Assembly: GCA_934130165.1 (NCBI GenBank)
Contig: CAKOXO010000004.1
Span: 51,415 to 115,414 of the forward strand
Length of the DNA stretch: 64,000 nt
From: an uncultured Bacilli bacterium
Lineage (GTDB): Bacteria > Bacillota_I > Bacilli_A > RF39 > UBA660
Direction: 5' to 3'
The first letter of the stretch is position 1; each line of letters starts with the position of its first letter. Below, one piece after another: positions 9,028-19,059 of this stretch. A program made the position numbers and the translations under genes. Under the pieces are notes generated by a model. That model searched no databases and had not been told where the DNA came from. It worked only from the letters and a program-made list of their open reading frames with translations.

Positions 9028-10380
9028 CTAGCTCATTAATCTTGTTAAAGTATTAGTTAGCTGTTGTTTAAATATTTCTGTTTTTTCATTATCTATATCA
9101 TTTGCAAATGTAGCTTTATCTGTATCTTCTTCTATTGTTGCTCCTTTTTTTATAGAGCTATCAATTACCACTTTTATATCTGCAACTGAAGTTTTTCTTG
9201 ATAGCGCCTTTATAGATAATTTAGTATTTAGTTTATATGCACTATTTTTCTTAACTTCTTTTAGTTTTTGATCTAAACTAGTAGTCATATTAGTATTATC
9301 TACATCATATTTAGCCACTGCTTTATATTGATTTTGTTCTTTAGTAATAGTTATTTTACCATTATTTTGTTGTTTTTCATCATACATGTTAATATTAACT
9401 GTATTATGATTATAGCTAATCTTAAAATTTCGTTTTTCTACATTTTTATCATATAAAGATAACATATCTTCTTTTCTTCCTTTTACATAACAAACTTCTG
9501 AATAATTGGAATCACTACCAAATGACAAACTATATTTTTTTATAATATATGTAATATTATCAGTATAGACTGAAAAAATAATTTTTTCATCTTTAGAGAT
9601 GATCTTTTCATTATTTTTTATTTTTGACTTTTTAAAATCACTATCTATTCCTGTTAAAATTTTATTTGCTTTATCATCTGCTTTTAAATCTTTTAAAACT
9701 GCCTGAGAAATACTAACAAGTCGCCTATTATCAAGTTCTAAAGTTATTTTTTGAACATTAACATTTTTACCATCAATTTCTATTTTATCACCACTTTTAG
9801 TAAAATAACTTTTATCCAAATGGTTTTTAAATGAGGTTAAAGTAAAGTTGTAAATGTAATCAAAATTTTCTCTACTAGTATTATCTTTATTTAGTGATTC
9901 AAAATAATTACTATTACCATTATTAATATAATTATCTAAAAATCCCTTTATATAATAGTATTCAGTATTATTTTCTATTAAATATTTCATTGAAAATAAC
10001 TCACTATCATCAATAGTGCTGTTAAAGTCCATATAAGCTTTTTTATTATTTAAGTCCTGTTTTATTGTTACCTTATTTTTAGTTTTATTTAAGTTATTAA
10101 TCAGGTTTGCTGTCATAGGTTCTTCTTGTAATAATTCACTATTAATATTAAACTTTATATCATTATTCATAGTGAATGTATCAAATTTACTTAGATTATC
10201 ATATTCAGGAAGATAATACTTAGTAATATCTGTTTTTATGTTATTTATTGCCTTTCCTATTATTCTTTTATTATTCTGAAAATATCCTATATATATTCCA
10301 GCACTAATAAGAACTACAGCAACTAAAGTAATGATTATTATCAACTTAAGTTTTGATTTATCATTATTAGTATCACTCAT
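9028..10380 (-). CDS. N-terminally membrane-anchored extracellular protein, function unknown
   Basis: The start was moved to ATG 10378-10380 (GAGGAG ribosome-binding site). One N-terminal transmembrane helix ('LKLIIIITLVAVVLISAGIYIGYF') is followed by a ~420-aa polar domain rich in N, K and D. Confidence 0.5.
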   Translation of the reverse strand: MSDTNNDKSKLKLIIIITLVAVVLISAGIYIGYFQNNKRIIGKAINNIKTDITKYYLPEYDNLSKFDTFTMNNDIKFNINSELLQEEPMTANLINNLNKTKNKVTIKQDLNNKKAYMDFNSTIDDSELFSMKYLIENNTEYYYIKGFLDNYINNGNSNYFESLNKDNTSRENFDYIYNFTLTSFKNHLDKSYFTKSGDKIEIDGKNVNVQKITLELDNRRLVSISQAVLKDLKADDKANKILTGIDSDFKKSKIKNNEKIISKDEKIIFSVYTDNITYIIKKYSLSFGSDSNYSEVCYVKGRKEDMLSLYDKNVEKRNFKISYNHNTVNINMYDEKQQNNGKITITKEQNQYKAVAKYDVDNTNMTTSLDQKLKEVKKNSAYKLNTKLSIKALSRKTSVADIKVVIDSSIKKGATIEEDTDKATFANDIDNEKTEIFKQQLTNTLTRLMS

Positions 10381-10429
10381 AATTTCACTCCTCATTGTAC
10401 TTTAAGTATAAAGAAATAACCTATAAAAG

Positions 10430-11002
10430 TCAATTATCACTATTTAACTTAGTACTATTAATACAAAAATCAATATATTCTTTAGCACTCAAATGAGGTT
10501 TTGGTTTATCAATTTCTCTTATTTCAAAGTAAGAAAGTTCATCATCTTTTATATTTTGCTTTTTTAATTCTTTGTAATTCTCATCGTATTCAAACTTTAA
10601 TAGTTCCCCTAAAGTATCAAATTCATGGATTCCTCTAAGTTCTTCCCATGCATGCTCAAAAAAGCACCATTTATCACCCTTTTTATACACTAAAAATGAA
10701 TGTGCAGAATAATTATTTACATAAGGCAAATTAACCATATGATAAAAAACTTTAATTTCATAATTATTATTAATAAACCATTCTCTTTCAAATTCAGTTT
10801 GATCAAAGCAATTACCTACTCCCGTTTTTAAAATATCTTCAGTAGTAGATAGAATATATTTATCATACCAACAATCATTAAAATTAGTGGTATCTATTTT
10901 ATATATTATTCCATCATTTCCAAGATAACCATAACTAATATTTGTATTCATAAATTTTAATAACTCACCTGGTGTTTTTATATCTTTATATTCCATTTTC
11001 AT
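10430..11002 (-). CDS. cytoplasmic Cys/His protein, possible NlpC/P60-like papain-fold enzyme, paralog B
   Basis: 'MEYKDIKTPGELLKFM', 'VGNCFDQTEFEREWF' and 'HSFLVYKKGDKWCFFEHAWEELRGIH' align with paralog A. Its start overlaps the upstream stop (ATGA). Confidence 0.4.
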   Translation of the reverse strand: MKMEYKDIKTPGELLKFMNTNISYGYLGNDGIIYKIDTTNFNDCWYDKYILSTTEDILKTGVGNCFDQTEFEREWFINNNYEIKVFYHMVNLPYVNNYSAHSFLVYKKGDKWCFFEHAWEELRGIHEFDTLGELLKFEYDENYKELKKQNIKDDELSYFEIREIDKPKPHLSAKEYIDFCINSTKLNSDN

Positions 11003-12744
11003 AATTTTCTCCTACTTTCACTTTCTACTTCTTTATCAAGGGATTCGTAAAACATATATATAATTATTGGAAAAGCTGTAAAAAATGGATATACATACCT
11101 AAGAATTGCTACAGGTGCTAGGATATCAGTACACAAATATAATAGTAATAATAGTAATGGTAAGAATAATTTATAGTTTTTCTTATACAATGTAAAAACT
11201 AAAACAAAAATAAATATCAATACATAAAATGACATATTCATTATTACATTTAAAATAATATTGTTCTGATATTTTGCATCCCTAACTAGTTTATAATAAT
11301 TTTTATATAAATTACTTTTATTACTACAGTTATCGCTTCTAGAAAATGTATTATTGCTTGTATCTAGACAGTTTATTTCAATATATGTTTTCGCATTTTT
11401 ATCTGGCAATTTGTCATTTAAATAGAAAAAACTATATACATTATTTACTATTGAATCAATAAATGTATTAGGATATTTCTTAAGTAAATTAAAATATAGC
11501 TTTAAATACTTAGATTTATCATTTAATAACTCCTCTGTATTAAACTCACTTTTTATGGGATCAGAAATATGAGAATTATACTTTTCTAAGGCATTATTTT
11601 TATATAAACTTTCAATACTTTTTCTTTCTTCTTTGGTTAATTTTTCTTTATTGTATACCCTTCCAAATTGCTGAACTACAAAACTAAACATTTCTATTCT
11701 TGGACCATCTTCTATTTTTAAAACATTGCTTAAAAATAAGTTATATGATTCAAATATAAATATAATAGATGAGAAAACAATAATTAACTTTTTATAATAT
11801 TTTTTTAATACTACTAATACAAATGGTATAAATAATAAAAATGCATAAAACATATTATTTCTAAATGATAATAGTAAAAAACACATAATAATAAATACTA
11901 CTATATTTTTCTTATTATTTAAAAAAATTTCTGTATCTGTAGATAATTCTATTGTCTTAATTAACACTAGGTTAAATAATCCTGAAAATATAATATCCTT
12001 AGTTGTTGTAATTGCTAATACACTATGTGTAGGTAAAAACATATATAATAATAAAAATATTAAATTATATTTTTTAGGAAATTTTTTCTTGTTTAAATAA
12101 ATTAAGGTATATGAGAATATTAAAGTCATAATAATAATTTGAGATATACTATGAATTAATAATCCTATATTGTATGAAGAAAACAGTTTGTTTCCAGTAA
12201 ATATTGTTACGTATAGGAAAAAGGTATGTATAACAGGATGATATTTTGTAACTAGATTAAACTTTAACATCCTAAGTTGGGTACCAGCATCATATGAGAA
12301 ATTACCAGGATAAAAAGCTATTAATATCGGCAAATAAGAAAGAATCATTAATAACATCAATACTAGTAAGCTATACTTTTTTTCAAATAAAAATTCATAA
12401 AATTTATTACTATTAATATCTTCTTTTTTTACTATATTATATAGCTTCCAAGTAACAATAAAGATAGTAGGGGCCAATATTAAAATAGATATATATGTCA
12501 TAATTTTATTTAGTGCTGCTGTATCATTTAAATAACAATTATATCCTACTACTTGTGTCGATGAAAAAATAAGTGAAAATAAGAAACAAAAAATCATTTT
12601 TCTTCTATCATGATTATACAATTTATAAATATAAAAATATTCTCCAATTATTAATACTATTTCCAGTAATAAATTATTAAATATTTTAAAGACTATTACT
12701 GATAAAATAGTAGTTATAAATAATAATATTTTTTTGATATTCAT
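10999..12744 (-). CDS. polytopic membrane protein; uncharacterised family, possibly GT-C-like
   Basis: About 12 transmembrane helices, a ~170-aa soluble insert ('GPRIEMFSFVVQQFGRVYNKEKLTKEERKSIESLY'), then C-terminal transmembrane helices. It is homologous to the gene at 36732-38219 ('KKNIVVFIIMCFLLLSFRNN' ~ 'KNKVLFIIMCFFMVYIRHNG'). The start was moved to ATG 12742-12744, because the track start is a GTG. Confidence 0.5.
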   Translation of the reverse strand: MNIKKILLFITTILSVIVFKIFNNLLLEIVLIIGEYFYIYKLYNHDRRKMIFCFLFSLIFSSTQVVGYNCYLNDTAALNKIMTYISILILAPTIFIVTWKLYNIVKKEDINSNKFYEFLFEKKYSLLVLMLLMILSYLPILIAFYPGNFSYDAGTQLRMLKFNLVTKYHPVIHTFFLYVTIFTGNKLFSSYNIGLLIHSISQIIIMTLIFSYTLIYLNKKKFPKKYNLIFLLLYMFLPTHSVLAITTTKDIIFSGLFNLVLIKTIELSTDTEIFLNNKKNIVVFIIMCFLLLSFRNNMFYAFLLFIPFVLVVLKKYYKKLIIVFSSIIFIFESYNLFLSNVLKIEDGPRIEMFSFVVQQFGRVYNKEKLTKEERKSIESLYKNNALEKYNSHISDPIKSEFNTEELLNDKSKYLKLYFNLLKKYPNTFIDSIVNNVYSFFYLNDKLPDKNAKTYIEINCLDTSNNTFSRSDNCSNKSNLYKNYYKLVRDAKYQNNIILNVIMNMSFYVLIFIFVLVFTLYKKNYKLFLPLLLLLLYLCTDILAPVAILRYVYPFFTAFPIIIYMFYESLDKEVESESRRKL

Positions 12745-12774
12745 AAAATGCACCTACTTTTCTACAAATGTAAC

Positions 12775-13780
12775 TTATCCATTTTCTTCTAATAATAAAT
12801 CAAAGTCTGATTTATATAATTTATCCTGCCTTATTCTGTACTTTTCAAATTCAGTTAATGCTTTATCACAAGCAATTTCATGAGATATTTTTCCGGCATC
12901 TTTTAATATATCTCTATTATCAAGTAATAAATATTTATCTATTAAATTAACCCAATCTTCCATTGTCATTGGAATATGTCTTCTAGCTCTGTTTTCCGCT
13001 AATTCTAAGAAAGCACTTACAATTTTCTCTAAATCTTTTATTTCATCTTTTGATAAATAATTTTTAGCTATTAGAACATCAGATTCCATTATTTTACCAT
13101 TAGGAAAATTTTTCCAAGTAGTAATCCGAATTAGCTCTATTATATATAATTTCAGCAGCAGTCTGATTAGATACCGCGAAATTCATTTTATTCTGCACTT
13201 TTTTAAAAAAATTAATTGATATTGGAGACTTTTGATCATAATCTATGCTTGTTGCATAAATATCAGTAATTTTTTGGTAAAATCTTCTTTCTGATAATCT
13301 TATTTCTCTAATTTCTTCTAATAATTTTTCAAAGTAATCTTTATCAATGAATGAACCATTTTTCATTCTTTCTTTGTCTAATACATATCCTTGAATAGTA
13401 AATGTTTTCAGTACATTTGTTGCCCATCTTCTAAATTGTGTAGCTTTTAATGAATTCACTCTATAACCAACTGATATTATTGCATCTAAATTGTAAAATT
13501 CAATATTTCTTTTAACATTTCTATTTCCCTCTTTTTGAACTAATTCCATTTTGGAATAAGTTGAACTTTTATCTAATTCATTTTCATTATATATATTTAT
13601 AAGATGCTTTGCTATTGCAGGCTGTTCAACATCAAATAATTCTGCCATAGCTTTTTGTGTCATCCATAAAGTCTCGTTTTCATACCTAACTTGAATACCT
13701 TTATCTTTTTCTTGAAGTTTAAATGTAATAAACTCTTCCGCGCTACTTCTTATAACCAAATCTTTTGCCATCTCTATCAT
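12775..13780 (-). pseudogene. rhuM: RhuM-family (virulence/defence-island) gene disrupted by a frameshift
   Basis: ORF 13100-13780 carries the RhuM N-terminal and middle region ('LWMTQKAMAELF', 'FRRWATNVL'). ORF 12775-13089 carries the C-terminal part ('SDVLIAKNYLSKDEIKDLEKIVSAFLELAENRARRHIPMTMEDW'). Hand translation of the other frame upstream of 13089 gives 'ITTWKNFPNGKI', continuous with it. The frames switch inside 'TATATATA' at ~13131-13140. Confidence 0.7.
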
Positions 13781-13887
13781 CTCCTTCTAAATAATTTAAT
13801 TAACTACTTCATAATAAACGTATAACTATTAAGAATGTTTATTATGGATATATAATCTTCTTATAAAGCAATTAGCATAAATTTATA

Positions 13888-14484
13888 TTATATATTTATT
13901 ATTTTATAAAAAATTTCTTTTATATTTTCGCCTGTTACTTGATAAGCGTTAATGCCAAGTTGTTTTGCTCCATTTACATTCTTTTGATTATCATCAAAAA
14001 ATATTATATTATCTGCTTCACAATTAAGTGCATCAATCACTTGTAAATAAATATCGCTAGAGGGTTTTATACATTTAATTTCATATGATAAAAATAAGTA
14101 ATCAAAATTTATTTTTTTAATTTGTTCTTCATATCTTTTGTAATCCATTAGCCTAAGATTAGATAATAGTCCAACTTTATATCCTTTATTTTTTAATTCA
14201 TTTATAATTTCCATAGTTTCATCATATAAAGAATTATCTAAACTATTATATATTTCATAAAATTGATTAATTGATAAATCACTTTTACAAAACTTTAATA
14301 ATGCTTCAACATGTTCGTCATCTGTGGCAAGCCCCATATGAGCTTTTAATACTAAATCATCACCCCACCAATATTGTAAAAATTCATCATATGAAATTTT
14401 ACAATTTAATTTATTATACAAACCATAATCATCTAAAGATTTTGCTAAAACATTTCCAAGATCAAATAAAAATATTCTATCCAT
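13888..14484 (-). CDS. HAD-superfamily hydrolase (subfamily IA-like phosphatase)
   Basis: N-terminal 'FLFDLGNVL' is the DxG nucleophile motif. 'GLLSN' is motif II and 'FFDDNQKNVNGAKQLGI' is motif IV. Confidence 0.75.
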   Translation of the reverse strand: MDRIFLFDLGNVLAKSLDDYGLYNKLNCKISYDEFLQYWWGDDLVLKAHMGLATDDEHVEALLKFCKSDLSINQFYEIYNSLDNSLYDETMEIINELKNKGYKVGLLSNLRLMDYKRYEEQIKKINFDYLFLSYEIKCIKPSSDIYLQVIDALNCEADNIIFFDDNQKNVNGAKQLGINAYQVTGENIKEIFYKIINI

Positions 14485-14486
14485 AA

Positions 14487-15044
14487 TTATACCTCAATAT
14501 TGCTTTCTATATATTTATAAATATCATTATATGTTTCATATCTATCTAATGAAGTATCAAAATAACAAATATTATTTAAAATACATTCATTATAAAGATT
14601 TATACTATTATTAATCGTTTCTTTTGAAATAGATAAAAGATCTTCCTCACTGTATCCATAAGTCCAATCAAGATTAATATCATGTTCTAATATTTTATTT
14701 TTCAATTCTTCAGCAGAAATTTCTTTACATCCAATACCAATTATTAAAGAATTTTTAAATATTTCTTTAGCATTTTTAATTAAAATATCAGCTGAATCAA
14801 TAACATAATAAATATTTCTTTTTAAATGTATATTGTTTTCATTAATTATAAAGTTTATAAATTTACAAAAATCTTTATTCTCAATTGTATTTTCTACTTT
14901 ATATCCAAGTTCAGGATATATATTAATGAAAGCATTTCTAATGCTATCACCACTCATATAATTAAAATTATATTTTGCACACAATATAGATGCTAATGTA
15001 GATTTTCCAACTCTAGATGATCCAATTATTATTATATTTTTCAT
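14487..15044 (-). CDS. small P-loop kinase-like NTPase, paralog 2
   Basis: 'IIIGSSRVGKSTLA' is a Walker A motif and 'SGDSIRN' fits a kinase-type acceptor region. 185 aa. Its start overlaps the upstream stop (ATGA). Confidence 0.5.
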   Translation of the reverse strand: MKNIIIIGSSRVGKSTLASILCAKYNFNYMSGDSIRNAFINIYPELGYKVENTIENKDFCKFINFIINENNIHLKRNIYYVIDSADILIKNAKEIFKNSLIIGIGCKEISAEELKNKILEHDINLDWTYGYSEEDLLSISKETINNSINLYNECILNNICYFDTSLDRYETYNDIYKYIESNIEV

Positions 15045-15604
15045 ATATTCTCCTTTATTTCATTTAGCAATTCATTAAAAATACTTTCTCTGTTATAAGA
15101 TGTATCAATATATTTCATATTATATTTTTTACATTGTTCTATTATTTGATTTTCAAATTCTTTTGCTTTTTTTATATGATTTAATAAATTTTCATTTGTT
15201 CTTTTTGAAGTCCATTGATTTTCATCATCATAATATCTACAATTATTAAATATTTCCTCAACAGTCAAACTAGAATTCACAAAATAATAAACTATAGTAT
15301 TTGATAAATCAAAATAATTAATTAAATCCACTGGCATTATTGAATCTGAATTAATTATATAACTATATTCATTTCCTAATCTACTTTTATTTTTTTGAAG
15401 TAATATATTGATAAATTGAGATAATTTATTATCTTTCAAATAATCATGAGTAAAACCAATCTGAATATCATCAAAAGTGCTTTGTAATGCCGAAATAATA
15501 GCATCAACTTCTATAATTTGATAATTTTCTAGTTCTTTTTGTAATAATTTAGAAAATGTAGTTTTACCTGTTCTACAAGTTCCAAGTATCATTATATTTT
15601 TCAT
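15041..15604 (-). CDS. small P-loop kinase-like NTPase, paralog 1
   Basis: 'IMILGTCRTGKTTFS' is a Walker A motif. The start was moved to 'MKNIMILG' (ATG 15602-15604, AGAAGGA ribosome-binding site). It is a paralog of the downstream gene. Confidence 0.5.
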   Translation of the reverse strand: MKNIMILGTCRTGKTTFSKLLQKELENYQIIEVDAIISALQSTFDDIQIGFTHDYLKDNKLSQFINILLQKNKSRLGNEYSYIINSDSIMPVDLINYFDLSNTIVYYFVNSSLTVEEIFNNCRYYDDENQWTSKRTNENLLNHIKKAKEFENQIIEQCKKYNMKYIDTSYNRESIFNELLNEIKENI

Positions 15605-15816
15605 ATTTTTCCTTCTTTCAAAACATGCTTTCATAATTTATATTTATTATTAACTCTACAACACATACAATCTTATATAGTATGAGAAAACATATTCTCC
15701 ACAAACAACCTCCACAATATTTTTTCAAAAAACAATAAAAATATCAATTTTTTATCGTTTTTTCACCATTTTTTGGTCCCTACTGAATAGTTGATTTTTT
15801 CTTTATTTATAAGGGT

Positions 15817-17016
15817 TTATCGCCTATTTAATACTAAACAACACTCCACGTGATACGTATTTGGAAACATATCATATGGTGTTACATCTTCTATTTCATA
15901 ACAATCATTTAATAAAGATAAATCTCTTGCCATTGTAATAGGATCACAAGAAATATAAATTATATTTTCAGCTTTTATTTTCTTTAGTGTATCAATTACT
16001 CTTTTATGTAATCCTGAGCGTGGTGGATCTACAATAATGGTATCAATGTTATTATTACATATTGCATCTAGTTTTTCTTCTACCTTTCCCAAAATAAGTT
16101 TGACATTTTTTATGTTATTTAATCTTACATTTTCTTCTGCAGATATTACCGCATCTTCTACTACCTCTATTCCTATAACGTTTTCTACTATATCAGAAAT
16201 ATAGATTCCAATAGTTCCTGAACCACAATATAAATCTAAAACATTTTTACTATTTTTATTTATAATAATACTTTTTATATCATCATAAAGCCTAGTTGCA
16301 ATATCATAGTTAACTTGAAAAAAAGTATTTTTTCTAATGATATATTTCTTACTACCTATATATGAATTTATATAATCTTTTTTAGTAATACACTTATTAT
16401 TAATTATTAAGCAATCACTAACTTTTAGTAATGATTCGTAGTTTTTAACAGCACCATCTATTATAAGCATAACCTCATCAGTTTTATTACCAAGTTTAAT
16501 TGTAATTTTTTCTAAATTAGGTTCTTCTTTTATATACTGTTTTAATAGTTTTAAAATATCATTTATTTTTTTATTAAGTAATAAGCATTCGTCTATTTCT
16601 ACTAATTCATTTGTCCCATTTTGATAAAAACCCAACTTATTATTTTTTACATGTAAAACAACCTTGTTACGATAATTAAAATTATTTAACTTTACTAAAT
16701 CATTAATTGCTATATTTCTTTTTAAAAACTTACCTAAAATATTTTCGAGTTTATCCTTTTTAAATGAGATTTGCTTATTTATTGACATATGTTCAATACT
16801 ACATCCACCACATAAGTTATAATACTTACATTTTGGTACTACCCTATCCTTACTTTTACTAATTAAATTAGTAACTATAGCTTCATTATACTTTTTATTT
16901 TCCTTTATAATTTTTATATCAACCATTTCATTATCTAATGCATTTTCTACAAATGTAATTTTCCCATCCATATAAGAAATTCCTCTTCCATAATGATCTA
17001 ATCTTTCTACTTTCAT
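15817..17016 (-). CDS. rlmD: 23S rRNA (uracil-C5)-methyltransferase, RlmD/RumA family
   Basis: N-terminal TRAM-like region, an 'CGGCSIEHM' Fe-S cluster, the SAM-binding motif 'VLDLYCGSGTIG', and 'DPPRSG'. The start was moved to ATG 17014-17016 (GGTGA ribosome-binding site). Confidence 0.8.
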   Translation of the reverse strand: MKVERLDHYGRGISYMDGKITFVENALDNEMVDIKIIKENKKYNEAIVTNLISKSKDRVVPKCKYYNLCGGCSIEHMSINKQISFKKDKLENILGKFLKRNIAINDLVKLNNFNYRNKVVLHVKNNKLGFYQNGTNELVEIDECLLLNKKINDILKLLKQYIKEEPNLEKITIKLGNKTDEVMLIIDGAVKNYESLLKVSDCLIINNKCITKKDYINSYIGSKKYIIRKNTFFQVNYDIATRLYDDIKSIIINKNSKNVLDLYCGSGTIGIYISDIVENVIGIEVVEDAVISAEENVRLNNIKNVKLILGKVEEKLDAICNNNIDTIIVDPPRSGLHKRVIDTLKKIKAENIIYISCDPITMARDLSLLNDCYEIEDVTPYDMFPNTYHVECCLVLNRR

Positions 17017-17086
17017 ACTAATCACCATCTAAATTAATTATAGCATATATTTCAGTATTCTTTCCATACTAACAATAGGTGAAGAT

Positions 17087-18496
17087 ATGAAAAATACTAT
17101 AAAGATGATTAAAAAAAAATTAGGACCAAGTAAAGACTATATTTATAAAGAGATGATTGTAGATAAAACCTCTGTCTATTTAATATTTTCAGAGGTATTA
17201 ACTAGTGGTGATAATGTTAATGAATACATTTTAAAAGGATTAGTTACATTATCAAAAAAAGAATTAAAAAAACTTGAAAACTACTTGCCAACTAATAATA
17301 TTACAAAAATTAGTAAAGAAGAAATAACTGATTACATCAATAAAGGATTCGTAATATGTTTAGTAAATAAAGATATTTATGCAATAGAGATTAGGGCTAG
17401 TTTAGAAAGAGGTATTACTACAATCGAAAGTGAATTATCAGTAAATGGTCCGAAAGATTCTTTTTCAGAAAATTTTAATACTAATTTAGGTCTTATTAGA
17501 AGACGTATTAAAAGTGATAACTTATGGTGGGATGAAGTAAATCTAGGCGATGGTTCTAAAACAAAAATTGGTGTTTTATATATGAAAGATATTGTAAATG
17601 ATAATCTCCCTAAAGCTGTAATTGACAGATTAAATAAAATTGATATTGATGGAATAATTGATTCAAATTATTTAAAGGATGAACTTGAGAGTGATAACAA
17701 TAGCTTTTTTCCTACTATAATGTCAACAGAAAGACCTGATAAAGTAGCAATGGCACTATTAGAAGGAAAGGTTGCTATATTAGTTGATATGTCCTCATAT
17801 ATATTAATTTTACCTAACTTTTTTATAGACTATTTTAAAACTTGTGATGATTACTATCAAAAATCTATTAATACAACATTCATTAGAGTTATAAGAATTT
17901 TTGCATTTTTTATTTCAATTTTTATACCTGCTTATTATATTGCTGTAACAACATATAATCATGATGCAATACAGCTTCCACTTCTTTTACTACTCAAAGC
18001 TCAAAGAATGTCAGTTCCCTTCCCTGCTGTTGTTGAAGCTTTATTTATGATTATTTCATTTGAAATATTACGTGAAAGTGATATTAGAATGTCTTCAACC
18101 ACTGGGAGTGCCATTTCTATATTAGGAGGTATTATATTAGGTGATGCCGCTGTTAGTGCAGGAATTATGTCCCCTATTATGATAATAATAATTGCATTAT
18201 CTTCTATTGCTGGATTTGTATTCACATCTATTGAACTTGTTAATGCTATTAGAATGTACCGAATTATATTTTTATTCTTAGCGTGTACTTTAGGACTATA
18301 TGGAATATATTTGGGTGCCGTATATTTGTTATATAAACTAATAACTATTAAATCATTTGATAAACCGTATTTAGCACCCTTTTCTCCATTCATCAAAACA
18401 GAATTTAAAGATGCTATAGTAAAAGCTAAAAACAAAGGAAAAAAATATAGAAATCCTTTACTATCAAAAAATAAATTAAGGGGTGAATATAAGTGA
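17087..18496 (+). CDS. gerAA: spore germination receptor subunit A (GerAA family)
   Basis: Soluble N-terminal domain ('SVNGPKDSFSENFNTNLGLIRRRI') followed by 4-5 C-terminal transmembrane helices. 469 aa. Confidence 0.8.
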   Translation: MKNTIKMIKKKLGPSKDYIYKEMIVDKTSVYLIFSEVLTSGDNVNEYILKGLVTLSKKELKKLENYLPTNNITKISKEEITDYINKGFVICLVNKDIYAIEIRASLERGITTIESELSVNGPKDSFSENFNTNLGLIRRRIKSDNLWWDEVNLGDGSKTKIGVLYMKDIVNDNLPKAVIDRLNKIDIDGIIDSNYLKDELESDNNSFFPTIMSTERPDKVAMALLEGKVAILVDMSSYILILPNFFIDYFKTCDDYYQKSINTTFIRVIRIFAFFISIFIPAYYIAVTTYNHDAIQLPLLLLLKAQRMSVPFPAVVEALFMIISFEILRESDIRMSSTTGSAISILGGIILGDAAVSAGIMSPIMIIIIALSSIAGFVFTSIELVNAIRMYRIIFLFLACTLGLYGIYLGAVYLLYKLITIKSFDKPYLAPFSPFIKTEFKDAIVKAKNKGKKYRNPLLSKNKLRGEYK

Positions 18497-19059
18497 AAAA
18501 AGTATTTATAACAATATTTCTTATAATATTCATTTTTGGTAGTAGTTCATATCAAGAACTTAATAAACTAGCTATTATAACTAACATAGGTATCTTAGAA
18601 GAAGAAGGACAATATAAAGTAATATATCAAGAAATAATTCCCGAAAAAGAAAATAATAAAATAATGAAAAAATATAAATATTATGAAAATAAAAGTAATA
18701 ATTTACAAAGTGCCTTTTCAAGGCTTAATGAAGATACAACTAAATATATATACTTGGATCATTTAGAAAATATTATTATTAAAACGAATGATAATAAAGT
18801 TTTTGATGAGTTAATAAACTATTTTGATAAAGATATAGATAATTTTAATATTGTCCTTACTTACGATAATCTAGAAAAAATAATAAAATACAGTAATAAT
18901 TATAAATATATTAATAGCCTAATAGATAATAATGTCTCATTTAGAGAAATAAAAAAAGCAAATTTAGAAAATAAAAGAATTAAAGTACCGGTAATAAAGC
19001 TTAGTAATAATAATTTGTCTTTTTATAAATATATAAGGTTGGGTGATTTTAATGATTAA
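18493..19059 (+). CDS. Ger(x)C-like germination protein, half-length and lacking a lipobox cysteine
   Basis: The N-terminal region 'SYQELNKLAIITNIGILEEEGQYKVIYQEIIP' resembles the GerAC N-terminus. It has only 188 aa against ~370, and the leader ends 'IFGSSS' with no cysteine. Confidence 0.5.
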   Translation: MKKVFITIFLIIFIFGSSSYQELNKLAIITNIGILEEEGQYKVIYQEIIPEKENNKIMKKYKYYENKSNNLQSAFSRLNEDTTKYIYLDHLENIIIKTNDNKVFDELINYFDKDIDNFNIVLTYDNLEKIIKYSNNYKYINSLIDNNVSFREIKKANLENKRIKVPVIKLSNNNLSFYKYIRLGDFND

